A DNA stretch of 64,000 bases, from the NCBI GenBank assembly GCA_017474285.1, contig JAFVHT010000034.1:9952-73951 (forward strand), in the 5' to 3' direction. Numbering within the stretch: the stretch's first letter is position 1; each line of letters opens with the position of its first letter. A program made the position numbers and the translations under genes. The notes below the pieces were generated by a model. That model saw only the letters and a program-made list of their open reading frames with translations, was not told the origin of the DNA and made no database searches. Positions 8,468-18,368 of the stretch are shown one piece after another. This DNA is from Acetobacter sp. (GTDB lineage Bacteria > Pseudomonadota > Alphaproteobacteria > Acetobacterales > Acetobacteraceae).

Positions 8468-9172
8468 ATGAAAACATGTGTTACAGGTCCTTTGCTAGAA
8501 TTGAACAAAGCTGTACCCTCGTTTGAAGAGAGTGGTTTACCACCTGTACCATTTAATATGCGTTTGATGCCTGGAGATTGTGTCTTTGTTGATGTCTACG
8601 ATATAAGCCGTGCTACAACGTTTGCTGATGTTTGTAGTGGTTTAGTTCCTCTAGAATCAGGTAATGTGCAGTTTATGGGGTTAGATTGGTGTCGTTTGAA
8701 AGAGAAAGAAATTAACAGCTTACGTGGGCGTATCGGACGTATTACGAAGCGACGAAGTTGGCCAGATTTTATCCCTGTTCATATGGCAATTATGTTACAG
8801 CAATTACACCATACGACAGTGTCACAAGAGACTTTATTGTTTGAGGCATCTGTGTTAGCAGAGCAGTTTGGCTTACCAGGCTTACCTACGGTTAATCCTA
8901 ATATGATGTCTATGATGGATTTATGTCGCGCAAGTTGTGTACGTGCTTTGCTTGGAAAACCGCAGTTATTGTTGTTGGAAGAACCTATGGAAGGAGCTCC
9001 AAAAGAATTGATAGATGCTTTCTTAAGAGCTGTTACACGTGCAAGAGATTATGGAGCAGGTGTTGTTTGGTTAGCGCGTGGTGGTAGTACTATGCATCGG
9101 TATTATCGACAGGGTGTAACGTCGGCTTTGCGGCTTACGGATAATGGACTCGTAACAGTGCGGGTGGGATGA
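8468..9172 (+). CDS. ABC ATPase-like protein with degenerate nucleotide-binding motifs (MlaF position)
   Basis: 234 aa with ABC-like overall spacing. The Walker A region reads DVYDISRAT, the signature MSMMD, Walker B LLLLEEP, and there is no H-loop His. It begins 2 nt after the permease stop. Confidence 0.65.
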   Translation: MKTCVTGPLLELNKAVPSFEESGLPPVPFNMRLMPGDCVFVDVYDISRATTFADVCSGLVPLESGNVQFMGLDWCRLKEKEINSLRGRIGRITKRRSWPDFIPVHMAIMLQQLHHTTVSQETLLFEASVLAEQFGLPGLPTVNPNMMSMMDLCRASCVRALLGKPQLLLLEEPMEGAPKELIDAFLRAVTRARDYGAGVVWLARGGSTMHRYYRQGVTSALRLTDNGLVTVRVG

Positions 9173-10101
9173 TGTTCCAGTTTCGTTTGAAACAAAAAGT
9201 TAAACCTCTCATTGCTCTACGTTATGTAGATGAATGGGTTGGATTTCTTGTTTTTCTCAGTATAGCAATTTGTATTGGTGCTGTTATAGAAGCAGGTGTT
9301 TTACGCGATTGGTTAACACCGCCTGCACGCTTACGTGTTATTCTCCCATCTTCTGGTGTTGGCGGCTTGACTGTGGGCGGAGACGTCCAGTTTATGGGGG
9401 CGCATGTAGGGAATATTCGTTCTATTAAGATCAACCCGTCGGGAAGTATGTATGCGATCGTAGATCTAGATCCGCAAACAAAGCCTTTTGTACGGCGTGA
9501 TAGTATTGCACTTATTCGTCGTCAGTTTATTGTTGCAGGGGCTTCTTATCTTGAACTCATTCGTGGACATGGTAAACCTATGAATTGGAGTTATGCCGTG
9601 ATTACAGCAAAGCAAGCGCCAGATCCGACAAAAGAAATTATAGCAACTTTAGAGAGTATTAAAGCAGAAGTTATGCCTGTGTTGGCGAGTGCGCGCCATA
9701 TGATGGCACAGCTCGACAGTACGATTACAAATATGCATGAAGGGAAGGGGACCGTAGGGCAACTGATGACGAGCGATAAATTGATTCGTCAGGCAGAACA
9801 AGTTATGGCTTCTCTTAATGACGTGATCAATCGTATTAAACCTATAGAGGAACAGGCTTCTGGTGTTATGGAGAATGTTAAAGCCGTTTCTGGTGATGTT
9901 AGAAAGACGACCCCACATTTGCCAAAAATTGCTCATAATGTTGAGGTGAGTACTGGGGATCTTCCCGCTCTTTTAACACAGGCCCAGGTGAGTTTATATG
10001 AGTTGCAAAAACTCATTGCCCAACTGAGAGGTCTATGGTTTTTAGGAGGGCAAAAAAGTGTGTCACATAATCGGCTTAGTCCTGCTGAGATTCAACCATG
10101 A
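9169..10101 (+). CDS. MlaD/MCE-domain protein with coiled-coil C-terminal extension
   Basis: 310 aa with an N-terminal TM helix. An MCE-like segment reads LRVILPSSGVGGLTVGGDVQFMGAHVGNIRSIKINPSGSMYAIVDLD. The start overlaps the upstream stop (ATGA). Confidence 0.75.
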   Translation: MMFQFRLKQKVKPLIALRYVDEWVGFLVFLSIAICIGAVIEAGVLRDWLTPPARLRVILPSSGVGGLTVGGDVQFMGAHVGNIRSIKINPSGSMYAIVDLDPQTKPFVRRDSIALIRRQFIVAGASYLELIRGHGKPMNWSYAVITAKQAPDPTKEIIATLESIKAEVMPVLASARHMMAQLDSTITNMHEGKGTVGQLMTSDKLIRQAEQVMASLNDVINRIKPIEEQASGVMENVKAVSGDVRKTTPHLPKIAHNVEVSTGDLPALLTQAQVSLYELQKLIAQLRGLWFLGGQKSVSHNRLSPAEIQP

Positions 10102-11000
10102 GAGTGACATTTCGTAATTCTTATTTTCCAGTTGTTGTAGTGCTTTTAGCGCTTTCAGCATGTGGTGAGAAGAAAGCAAGTCCTACTCTGTACAAAGGAC
10201 TTATGTGGGAACAATTTATAACAGCGGGGCACGATTCTTTTATGTTGGGGCGTTATGAAACGGCACAAACACAATATCGTAAAGCCTTTAATTTGGCACT
10301 TCTGCATGATAGTGCTTCTGGTTTGGAAGAAGCAGGTTATAATTTAGCTGTGACTCAGCTAGCAGAAAATCGACCACAACAGGCATTGAAAACAATTCAA
10401 ACGACTCGTAAAGCCGTTCTTTTACGCAAAAATAAACCGCTTCCTTATCTGCTTCTTGTTGAAGCAGCGGCTTATGATCGTCTTGGCTATAATGAAAAAG
10501 CAGAACATTGCGCAGAAGATCTTTTGAAAATACAGGATATAGATATAGCTGCGCGAGCTGCACTTATTTTGGGGGTTTCTGCAGATCAGCTTGGGGACGA
10601 GTTTCGATTAAAACGAGCAATAGCACGATTGGATCAACTGAAAAAACCATTGTCTCCGACACATTTAGCGGATTGGAATGAATTGCGGGCTCGCTTATTG
10701 AAAAAAGATAATCCTGCACAAGCTATTGTTTTTGCCGAACAAGCGGCACAACTTCGTCAACAGGCAGGAGCTTATCGCGATATGGTACGCGCTCTTATCC
10801 TTGAAGCAAGAATAACTGAAATGATGGGATTACACGATAAAGCCCATCGTTTATGGTTACGAGCAGCACAGAGCGCTTGTGTGATATCTGGTAAATTAGA
10901 GACTATTAACAAGTTAGAAACGATGGATACGGCAACATTAATCCGTATAGCATCATCAATAACGGAACCAGAGTTATCTCAGACGCAGGCTTTGCACTAG
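10098..11000 (+). CDS. TPR-like lipoprotein
   Basis: 300 aa. It has a signal peptide with lipobox LLALSAC. The helical-repeat composition (YETAQTQYRKAFNLAL...) is TPR-like. The start overlaps the upstream stop (ATGA). Confidence 0.6.
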   Translation: MRVTFRNSYFPVVVVLLALSACGEKKASPTLYKGLMWEQFITAGHDSFMLGRYETAQTQYRKAFNLALLHDSASGLEEAGYNLAVTQLAENRPQQALKTIQTTRKAVLLRKNKPLPYLLLVEAAAYDRLGYNEKAEHCAEDLLKIQDIDIAARAALILGVSADQLGDEFRLKRAIARLDQLKKPLSPTHLADWNELRARLLKKDNPAQAIVFAEQAAQLRQQAGAYRDMVRALILEARITEMMGLHDKAHRLWLRAAQSACVISGKLETINKLETMDTATLIRIASSITEPELSQTQALH

Positions 11001-11053
11001 TTATTCAGTCTTGTGTAAATTAGCTTTATTGCTTTGAAGAGAATCTAAAAGCA

Positions 11054-13246
11054 TTAAAGTGCTTTAAAGGGTTGAGAAGTATTAAGGAAGGCTGCGTTGG
11101 CATCAAGTTCAGAAGAAATTAGCATGAGATAAGTAATAGCACGGGTGAGTTCAATACGTGTCGTAATATTGAATTCACTAGCTTCCATAGTGCGTAATGT
11201 TTTCATCGCTATGCGTGTTGTGCGTGCTGTGCGCCCATAACGCCCTGTAAATTGGCTCATACGGTGCATAACAATTTCAAGTTTTTTCCGTGCTTCAGGG
11301 GGAAGTTGATTACGTTGAAGTAGCAGTTGTAATCGAATAAGATCGATGCCAATAGTCATGCTCGCGAATGCCCCTTGTAGATATTGTTCGATTGTAGCCG
11401 AAGGTGTTGCACCTGCGTGGCGTAAAAGGCGTGAAAGACGATCAATATTTGTTGTAACCCAATTTTGCATAGAGGATGTTTGATTATCGAGGGCTAAATT
11501 GCGGAGATCTTTTAAAATAATTTTCCGCATATAACGGCGCTCATCTACATTACTAAAAGGAAGTACTAAGCTGAAACATAATGTAGCAAAACCACATCCT
11601 AACACTGTTGCAGAGGTTGAGTTAAACCAAACGATTTCGTCTGTACGTCCTAGGTTAACAGGATGGAGTACGGCGGGAAGTACAAGTGTAAAAGCGACTC
11701 CTTGAATGGCTGTAGACGGGTTACGCATCGCCAGCCCACCAGCAATAAAGGGTACTGCAAGTGTTGCTGCAAAAGTTTCATAAACAGGTTGTGTTGGAAG
11801 GGCTAAAAATGTTAGAAAAAACGAAACAAGCGCAGCCCATAAAGCGCCAATAAAAAATTGCCATGTTACAAGGACAGGATTTTCTCTTGTACCGAATAGC
11901 CCACAGACTAAAGTAGCATAAGTAACAAAAGTTAATCCCTGAGGCCATGCCGTACATTCGTAAATTAAACCACCACCTATAGTGGTTGTAAAAGCGCGAA
12001 TACCATTATAAAAAGCTTCTTTTTTATCAAGATGTCCTTGTATACGGAAACGGAAACGATCTTTAAGGCTAGCATGTTGGGTCGCATCATATTCTCGAAG
12101 AGCATGTTCTAATTCACCGAGTATTTCATTTAGTGAATTATGGAGAATACGGCTATCGAGCAGAGCATCGGCGTTTGTAGTAGGATTAGGAAGCGTATTC
12201 ATTTCCTGTGTGAGTATGTTTACAATTTGTTGACGGCACTCTGCACGGGCTAAGCGCAGATCATGAAGTAATTCATGTACGGGCGTATCTGCATGAAGGC
12301 GTGCGCGTAAAGTTGTTAAAAAATCACTTACAATACTAACTGTTTTACGAAAAAGCGGTTGATCTGTTTGAATAGTTCGAAGGCGTGTGATCATACCTAA
12401 TCCATGCGCTAAAATAACGGAAATTGTTGCAAGAGCAGCGCGTGCGTGCTCTCCTTCGTGAGCGCGAGGTCCCATTTCATTTTCGAGAAACTCAATTTGG
12501 TTATTAGCTGCTAAAAGCTGTTCAAATATGGCACGGGACCGAATAAAAGCTTCATTATCGCCAGAAATGAGACCTGCCATATTTTCAGAGACATCACTAA
12601 GAATAACACGTAATCTATTACGTATATTACGACGGGCTGTACTCGCCATATTGGGGTAAAATAGATTGGAGATAACACTTTCACATACGACACCGAGTGC
12701 TATATAAGTCATACGTGACATAGAAATAAAGAAAATGTTATCAGGGTGAGCAATAGCTGGCGCAGCAATAATTGTTGCGGTGTAACCTGCAAGAACGAGG
12801 GCATAGGATCGGAAATTGCGTGTTAATACGGCTAATGTACAACAAATAGCCATCCAAATCCCTAGACACGGAAAAAAGAGCCACGGTTGTTGATAAAAAG
12901 CAGAAACCAAGGTGAATCCCATAATTGTTCCTAATAGGGTACCGACAAGACGCCACTTAGATTTTGATAGACTTTCTCCACGCGTACCTTGAGCAACAAT
13001 CCAAACACACATCGCTGCCCATGCGGGATCATCAAGTTCTAACCACATGGCAATGATTACCGCGAGTATTGACGCTGTAGTAGCACAAAACGCAAAACGC
13101 AAGGCAGGCATTGTGGGGAAAAATAGCCATGCGAGTGGTATGTTTTTCCTAGTATTAGGGTTTTGTAATTGTTTGACAATGTGGTGGAGACCAAGTCTCG
13201 TAAAGAGAGAACGTGTTAGTGAGACAATAGAATCAGACATAGACAT
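11054..13246 (-). CDS. FUSC family (fusaric acid resistance / AaeB-like) membrane protein
   Basis: 730 aa. Two blocks of multiple TM helices are separated by a long helical cytoplasmic region. This architecture and composition are typical of the FUSC/ArAE family. Confidence 0.7.
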   Translation of the reverse strand: MSMSDSIVSLTRSLFTRLGLHHIVKQLQNPNTRKNIPLAWLFFPTMPALRFAFCATTASILAVIIAMWLELDDPAWAAMCVWIVAQGTRGESLSKSKWRLVGTLLGTIMGFTLVSAFYQQPWLFFPCLGIWMAICCTLAVLTRNFRSYALVLAGYTATIIAAPAIAHPDNIFFISMSRMTYIALGVVCESVISNLFYPNMASTARRNIRNRLRVILSDVSENMAGLISGDNEAFIRSRAIFEQLLAANNQIEFLENEMGPRAHEGEHARAALATISVILAHGLGMITRLRTIQTDQPLFRKTVSIVSDFLTTLRARLHADTPVHELLHDLRLARAECRQQIVNILTQEMNTLPNPTTNADALLDSRILHNSLNEILGELEHALREYDATQHASLKDRFRFRIQGHLDKKEAFYNGIRAFTTTIGGGLIYECTAWPQGLTFVTYATLVCGLFGTRENPVLVTWQFFIGALWAALVSFFLTFLALPTQPVYETFAATLAVPFIAGGLAMRNPSTAIQGVAFTLVLPAVLHPVNLGRTDEIVWFNSTSATVLGCGFATLCFSLVLPFSNVDERRYMRKIILKDLRNLALDNQTSSMQNWVTTNIDRLSRLLRHAGATPSATIEQYLQGAFASMTIGIDLIRLQLLLQRNQLPPEARKKLEIVMHRMSQFTGRYGRTARTTRIAMKTLRTMEASEFNITTRIELTRAITYLMLISSELDANAAFLNTSQPFKAL

Positions 13247-13499
13247 AATGGGTTACTTTAGAGAGCAGAGAGTAAGGAGAAAATGTGTACAGTTTACAAA
13301 GTTCTTTACCTTAATTATCCTTTAAGGGCATACTATATACTATTCTCTTAAAGAAAAAAGTTTATTGCGTCTTAATGAAAGAAATTTATATAATTCGTGG
13401 TTAAAAAATATACTTTGAGTAAATGATTTCTTTATAAGTTATAAGATTATGTGAACGGTAGTGTGAGATTGTGTCAGTAATTATATAACGCGATTTGTT

Positions 13500-14027
13500 T
13501 TGAGTATGAAATTCGGACAATACATTATACGTCTTGATGATTGGCTTTTAGATGAAGTTTGTCAGCCATTGGCAGACAAGCTTCCTGAAAGTTTTTCTGC
13601 TTTTGACATGGGGATGAGTTGCCAGCTCGGGGCAGTTTTGTTTTCTGCAGTATCTATTATAGCTGTTTTTATGGCAACGGGTTTCAAAGATATTTGGGAT
13701 ACTGTTTTTAATATATTCGTGTGGGGGTTGTGCGTTAGTTTTTTTATAGGATTGGGTCGGTTTCGTGGACTTGTCAGAGCAGACAGACCCAATCCATTAC
13801 GGCACATGTTATTTAGTGTTAGGGTGTTGTCTATTCCCTTTATTCCCTATGTTATTTATCAAGCAATAGTTTCTTCTGGAAGTTCTAGTACTCCTGCGTG
13901 GTTTGATGCTTTTTCAAATATTGTCTTTGCTGTAGGATTGTATTTCATTTCTTGTCAACCGCGCCCACCTTATAAACAGTCACAAGAAAATATTTGGTCT
14001 CGGACAACAGTAAGGCAGGGGGTATAG
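13500..14027 (+). CDS. hypothetical membrane protein
   Basis: 175 aa with about 4 hydrophobic segments. I recognised no family. Confidence 0.45.
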   Translation: MSMKFGQYIIRLDDWLLDEVCQPLADKLPESFSAFDMGMSCQLGAVLFSAVSIIAVFMATGFKDIWDTVFNIFVWGLCVSFFIGLGRFRGLVRADRPNPLRHMLFSVRVLSIPFIPYVIYQAIVSSGSSSTPAWFDAFSNIVFAVGLYFISCQPRPPYKQSQENIWSRTTVRQGV

Positions 14028-14062
14028 AGTAGAAGGTTGCTTACTGAGATTAAGACAAATAT

Positions 14063-14806
14063 CTAAAAAGGATTTTGTTCATGTTCTCCTTGTGCAATAC
14101 GTGCTTCTACACTTTTATACCAAGGTGCGCTTTTCGGTGCTGCTGCTAACGCTTTACGAAAAAGATCTAAAGCTTGTGGTGTAACAGAATGATGTGCTTG
14201 TGTTATAGCTTCTGCTGCACGCGCTGCAATTTCTGGATCAAATCCTAAAGCAAGAGCGTGGGAATACGCATCGGCGGCTTCATTATAATGGTTACGTGTC
14301 ATTTCTGCTTGACCAAGGAGCAAATAGCCTTTTTGAAGGTTAGGGTCTGTTTGAGGAAGAGTAGCAAGAGTGTTCCGTAACGTGTGAATAAGGGCGTCTT
14401 CTTGAAGGTCTTGCGTTTGTTGCGCTGCAAGACGGGGGGCAAGAGGTTGAGCCGGCAATAGAGGATGACCGTTAATAAAATAGAGAGCAAGTGCTGCAAA
14501 AGGGGTAAGTATTAAGCCACACCATGCCATTTTACTTGAATGTGTGAATGTGGCGTTTTGCTGTGGGGACAAAGAGTTTTCAGTAGAAAGAATACGTCGT
14601 TCAATTTCTAATTGAAGGGTAGTACCTTCATCAGGGGGGATAAGCCCTATGTTGATATCATTGTTAAGTGTATTAAGCTGTTCTTTGTGTACCGTTAAAA
14701 CAAGTGTTTGATCATGGTCTAGGGATGTTTTTTGGCGGCAGATAAGGGATAATAGGCTTGGGGCGAGGGCTAAAAGACTTATCGTAACAATAGAAAGCCA
14801 AATCAT
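14063..14806 (-). CDS. ccmI: cytochrome c-type biogenesis protein CcmI (CycH-like, TPR)
   Basis: 247 aa with an N-terminal TM helix and a TPR-like C-terminus (GYLLLGQAEMTRNHYNEAADAYSHAL). It is the last gene of the ccm cluster, and its start overlaps the ccmH stop. Confidence 0.75.
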   Translation of the reverse strand: MIWLSIVTISLLALAPSLLSLICRQKTSLDHDQTLVLTVHKEQLNTLNNDINIGLIPPDEGTTLQLEIERRILSTENSLSPQQNATFTHSSKMAWCGLILTPFAALALYFINGHPLLPAQPLAPRLAAQQTQDLQEDALIHTLRNTLATLPQTDPNLQKGYLLLGQAEMTRNHYNEAADAYSHALALGFDPEIAARAAEAITQAHHSVTPQALDLFRKALAAAPKSAPWYKSVEARIAQGEHEQNPF

Positions 14807-15330
14807 GACTCTGTATCCTTAATGAGTGTATTGAGGTGGTCTTTTTCGTCTTGTGTCAGGGGAGCAGGAGGAGGCAGGTTTTTACGGGTACGATAAAAAA
14901 AATAAGCAGCACAACAACCGATAAGGGGAGCGAGAAAAGGCATACTCCACAATAAGAAAGTGCTCAAAGAAAATGTTGGTTGTAGGCGAATAAAGGCTCC
15001 ATAACGCCGCACCATCCATTCTATAATCTGTTGGTTCGTTTCTCCACGTGCGACATGTTCACGTACTATTTTACGTAAATCGCGGGCAAGCCCTGCGCTA
15101 CTATCCTCAATCGATTCATTTTGGCAGACAAGACAACGTAATTGTGCTCCTATAGCTTCAGCACGTGCTTCTTCTTTAGGGTTTGGAAGCATTTCTTCTG
15201 GATCGTCTACGGCAAAAAGAGAAAAGGGGGTAAGCGTTAAGAGCGCAATGATAAAAATGATTTTCAAAGAAAAAAAGCGCTTCATGATGATATTTTTTGA
15301 ACAAGAGGTAGAAGGGTGTTGGTTAAACAT
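14803..15330 (-). CDS. ccmH: cytochrome c-type biogenesis protein CcmH (CycL)
   Basis: The LRCLVCQNESIEDS (CxxC) motif is present. The start is uncertain; the alternative MKRFFSLK start is at 15285. Confidence 0.85.
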   Translation of the reverse strand: MFNQHPSTSCSKNIIMKRFFSLKIIFIIALLTLTPFSLFAVDDPEEMLPNPKEEARAEAIGAQLRCLVCQNESIEDSSAGLARDLRKIVREHVARGETNQQIIEWMVRRYGAFIRLQPTFSLSTFLLWSMPFLAPLIGCCAAYFFYRTRKNLPPPAPLTQDEKDHLNTLIKDTES

Positions 15331-15850
15331 CCTCGGTTAAAGGGTTTGCTTCATGCCAACGAATAATACCACCCGCTCCAATAAGAAAAGATTCAGGTAC
15401 CCCAGAAATCCCCCAATCTATTCCTACTCGCCCCTGTTGGTCTTGTGCAAGACGTGCAAAAGGGTTGCCAGCACTATGTAGGAATTCCTTAATGTTATAA
15501 GGTTTATCCTTATAGGCAATTCCCCATAAAGGCAGAAACTTCTTAAGTGTCATTAAAAGGGGCATTTCTTCAAGACATGGAATACACCAAGACGCAAAAA
15601 AAGTAACGAGAACAGGAGTATTGAGTTGGCGGAGATCATCGGCACTAAAACCCTTGTGAGGTGCAAAACCAGGAAGAGTAAAATCAGGTACAGAGCGATT
15701 TAATACTGGTGTATTGATATTATGAGGATTAAAAGTGCCGACGCGCATATCAGCAAGCATTTTCCAAAAGGCAAAACCAACGCCTGTAGCCCCTATAAGG
15801 GGGATTGTCATCAATAAACGGCGACGTGTGAGAGAAGAAAGGCGTGTCAT
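15323..15850 (-). CDS. ccmG: thiol:disulfide interchange protein CcmG/DsbE
   Basis: Thioredoxin fold with WCIPC and GVPESFLI motifs. The start overlaps the ccmF stop. Confidence 0.85.
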   Translation of the reverse strand: MTRLSSLTRRRLLMTIPLIGATGVGFAFWKMLADMRVGTFNPHNINTPVLNRSVPDFTLPGFAPHKGFSADDLRQLNTPVLVTFFASWCIPCLEEMPLLMTLKKFLPLWGIAYKDKPYNIKEFLHSAGNPFARLAQDQQGRVGIDWGISGVPESFLIGAGGIIRWHEANPLTEDV

Positions 15851-17835
15851 AGTGCTTCTATCATAGGAGGAGAAATGTTTTGATGATATATGGCGCGTGT
15901 GTGCGTGCGGCGGTCAGAAAAAGCAAGAGCGCCTCCAAAAGTCATAACGATTGCGCCTAACCATATCCATGAGGCAAGAGGATTATAATGAAGCCTCAGA
16001 ACATATATTGTGTTATGTGTAACATCGTGTTGTTCGCCTAAAACGCTATAAAAATCTGCCAAAAGGCGCGGGGCAATAGAAACATGGGTTATAGTTTGGT
16101 TTTGGAGGTTAAAATGACGCCTTGCTGGATGAAGAAGCGCAATTTGTTTTCCATGAGAGCGTACATCAAGTGTAGCGATAAGGGCTGTGTAATTAGGGCC
16201 AGGTTTTTCCTCAACATCCGTAAGCGTCCAATCATAGCCTGCGAAATGTTTTGTTGAGCCAATAGGCATTTCTACAATCAAGTGTTGGGCTTGTGACATA
16301 GCAGAGAGTCCAAGCACGGCAATCCCAACACCGACATGGGCAATAGCCGATCCAATAATAGCGCGAGGTAAAGCACGAGCACGGGTAAGACTTATTCGGA
16401 AAGCCACTCGAAACAAGGCAATACGCTGGGCAAGATCAGAAACACTTGTGATGATCACCCATAAAGCCGCTATAGCGCAAAGGAATGGTAAAACACCATA
16501 AAGTCTACGAATAATAATAAAGGCAGCAATACTCGTTAGCCCAATAGAAAACCAAAGTTTGTTAAGAAGCGTCCATAATTGGGCGCGTTTCCAGGGAAGC
16601 ATAGGCGCAACACCCATAGTCATAAAAAGGGGTAGGGCAAGCGGAATAGTGGTTGCGTCAAAAAAAGGTTTTCCGACAGAAATAACGTGTCCCGTTAAAA
16701 GTGCCATAAAAGGGGGGTAGAGTGTACCCGTAAGCACGACAGCACAAAGTGAGCACAATATAATATTGTTAAAGATAAGTAGGGTTTCACGTGAGAGAGG
16801 TGCAAAGAAAGTATTGTCTGTAAGCAAGGGAGCACGACAGGCAAAAAGGAGGAGTGAACTACCAATAACCGCACCGAGCAACCCTAAAATAAATATTCCA
16901 CGTGCAGGGTCATTAGCAAAAGCGTGTACAGAATTAAGAATACCAGACCGAACAAGAAATGTACCTGAAAGTGAAAAAGAAAAAGTGGCTATGGCTAAAA
17001 GAATAGTCCATATTTTGAGTGTATTACGTTTTTCTACAACGACAGCAGAATGGACAAGGGCTGTTCCTGTGAGCCATGGGATAAGAGAAGCATTTTCTAC
17101 AGGATCCCAAAACCAATATCCTCCCCACCCTAGGACGTAGTAAGACCACCATGAACCAGCAGCAATGCCACAAGTGAGAAAGCACCATGCGGTAATCGCC
17201 CAAGGACGTACCCATCGGCCCCATGCCGTATCAACACGCCCTTCTAAAAGAGCGGCTATAGCAAAGGCGAAAGGTACAGCAAAACCGACATAACCTGTGT
17301 AAAGAATAGGGGGATGAAAAGCCAAACCAGGGTCTTGTAAAAGAGGGTTCATACCCTGTCCATCCCATGGTGCGGGAAAAAGCCGCGTAAAAGGATTGGA
17401 CGTTGTGAGGCAGAAAAGTTCAAAACCTGTAGCGATGAGCCCGAGTACAGCAACAACACGTGCTTTAAGAAGAGTTGGTAAAGAATGACGTCCAAAAATT
17501 GAAACAACAGCACCGCATAGGCTAAGAATAAACGCCCACAGGAGGATAGACCCTTCATGATTACCCCAAACGCCAGTTATTTTATAGAGAAGGGGTTTAG
17601 AAACAGCACTATTCATCGCTATATTTCGGACTGAAAAATCATTGGTTACAGCCGCATAGATAAGGCATATGAAGGAAACAGTCAGAGCGATACATTGCCC
17701 ATAAGCAAGCCTAGGAGCTAGATTGATCAATGAGAGATTACGGAAATATAGACCTATAAAGGGAAAAACCCCCTGCACAGCAGCGATGACACAAGCTAAC
17801 GCAAGGGCATAATGACCAAGTTCAGGACTAAACAT
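15847..17835 (-). CDS. ccmF: cytochrome c heme lyase subunit CcmF
   Basis: 662 aa and polytopic. It has a WGGYWFWDPVEN tryptophan-rich motif. Confidence 0.9.
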   Translation of the reverse strand: MFSPELGHYALALACVIAAVQGVFPFIGLYFRNLSLINLAPRLAYGQCIALTVSFICLIYAAVTNDFSVRNIAMNSAVSKPLLYKITGVWGNHEGSILLWAFILSLCGAVVSIFGRHSLPTLLKARVVAVLGLIATGFELFCLTTSNPFTRLFPAPWDGQGMNPLLQDPGLAFHPPILYTGYVGFAVPFAFAIAALLEGRVDTAWGRWVRPWAITAWCFLTCGIAAGSWWSYYVLGWGGYWFWDPVENASLIPWLTGTALVHSAVVVEKRNTLKIWTILLAIATFSFSLSGTFLVRSGILNSVHAFANDPARGIFILGLLGAVIGSSLLLFACRAPLLTDNTFFAPLSRETLLIFNNIILCSLCAVVLTGTLYPPFMALLTGHVISVGKPFFDATTIPLALPLFMTMGVAPMLPWKRAQLWTLLNKLWFSIGLTSIAAFIIIRRLYGVLPFLCAIAALWVIITSVSDLAQRIALFRVAFRISLTRARALPRAIIGSAIAHVGVGIAVLGLSAMSQAQHLIVEMPIGSTKHFAGYDWTLTDVEEKPGPNYTALIATLDVRSHGKQIALLHPARRHFNLQNQTITHVSIAPRLLADFYSVLGEQHDVTHNTIYVLRLHYNPLASWIWLGAIVMTFGGALAFSDRRTHTRAIYHQNISPPMIEAL

Positions 17836-17871
17836 GTGTTACGGAATATTTATCATAAAGAAGTTAGGACG

Positions 17872-18357
17872 TTAATTTTGGTTACTATGCCATATATCAG
17901 GGGGAGGGGGACCAAAACGGGGATCCCATTTTCCAGATTTTCGTAAGGCATCAGCAACTTCTTTAGGCATATAGGTTTCATCATGTTTGGCGAGGACTTC
18001 GGAGGCTGTAAAACGATGTTTAGAAGTCACTGTACCGATAACAATAACACTTTGTCCTTCACGAAAAAGGTCGGGTAAAATACCTTGATAGGTAACTGTA
18101 ACAGCTGTGCGTCCGTCGGTAACATCAAAAGTTACGACAGGTGTTTCTTTATGTTTGCTGTAGTGTACAGATCCAGCAACGACCATGCCACCAAGCTTAA
18201 CAAGACGATGATCAGGAGGGGGAGAGGCTACGATTTGCGAAGGGGTAACAAAAAATACAATGTCAGACGAAAAGGCTCTTAAAATAAGACCTATTGCCGT
18301 ACCGAAACAAGCAATACAAATCAAAACAAGCCAAAGGCGACGGGTTTTGCGTGTCAT
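17872..18357 (-). CDS. ccmE: heme chaperone CcmE
   Basis: 161 aa with an N-terminal anchor. The sequences GGMVVAGSV and VLAKHDETYMPKEV (heme-binding His region) are present. Confidence 0.9.
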   Translation of the reverse strand: MTRKTRRLWLVLICIACFGTAIGLILRAFSSDIVFFVTPSQIVASPPPDHRLVKLGGMVVAGSVHYSKHKETPVVTFDVTDGRTAVTVTYQGILPDLFREGQSVIVIGTVTSKHRFTASEVLAKHDETYMPKEVADALRKSGKWDPRFGPPPPDIWHSNQN

Positions 18358-18368
18358 ACCGTAAGGGT

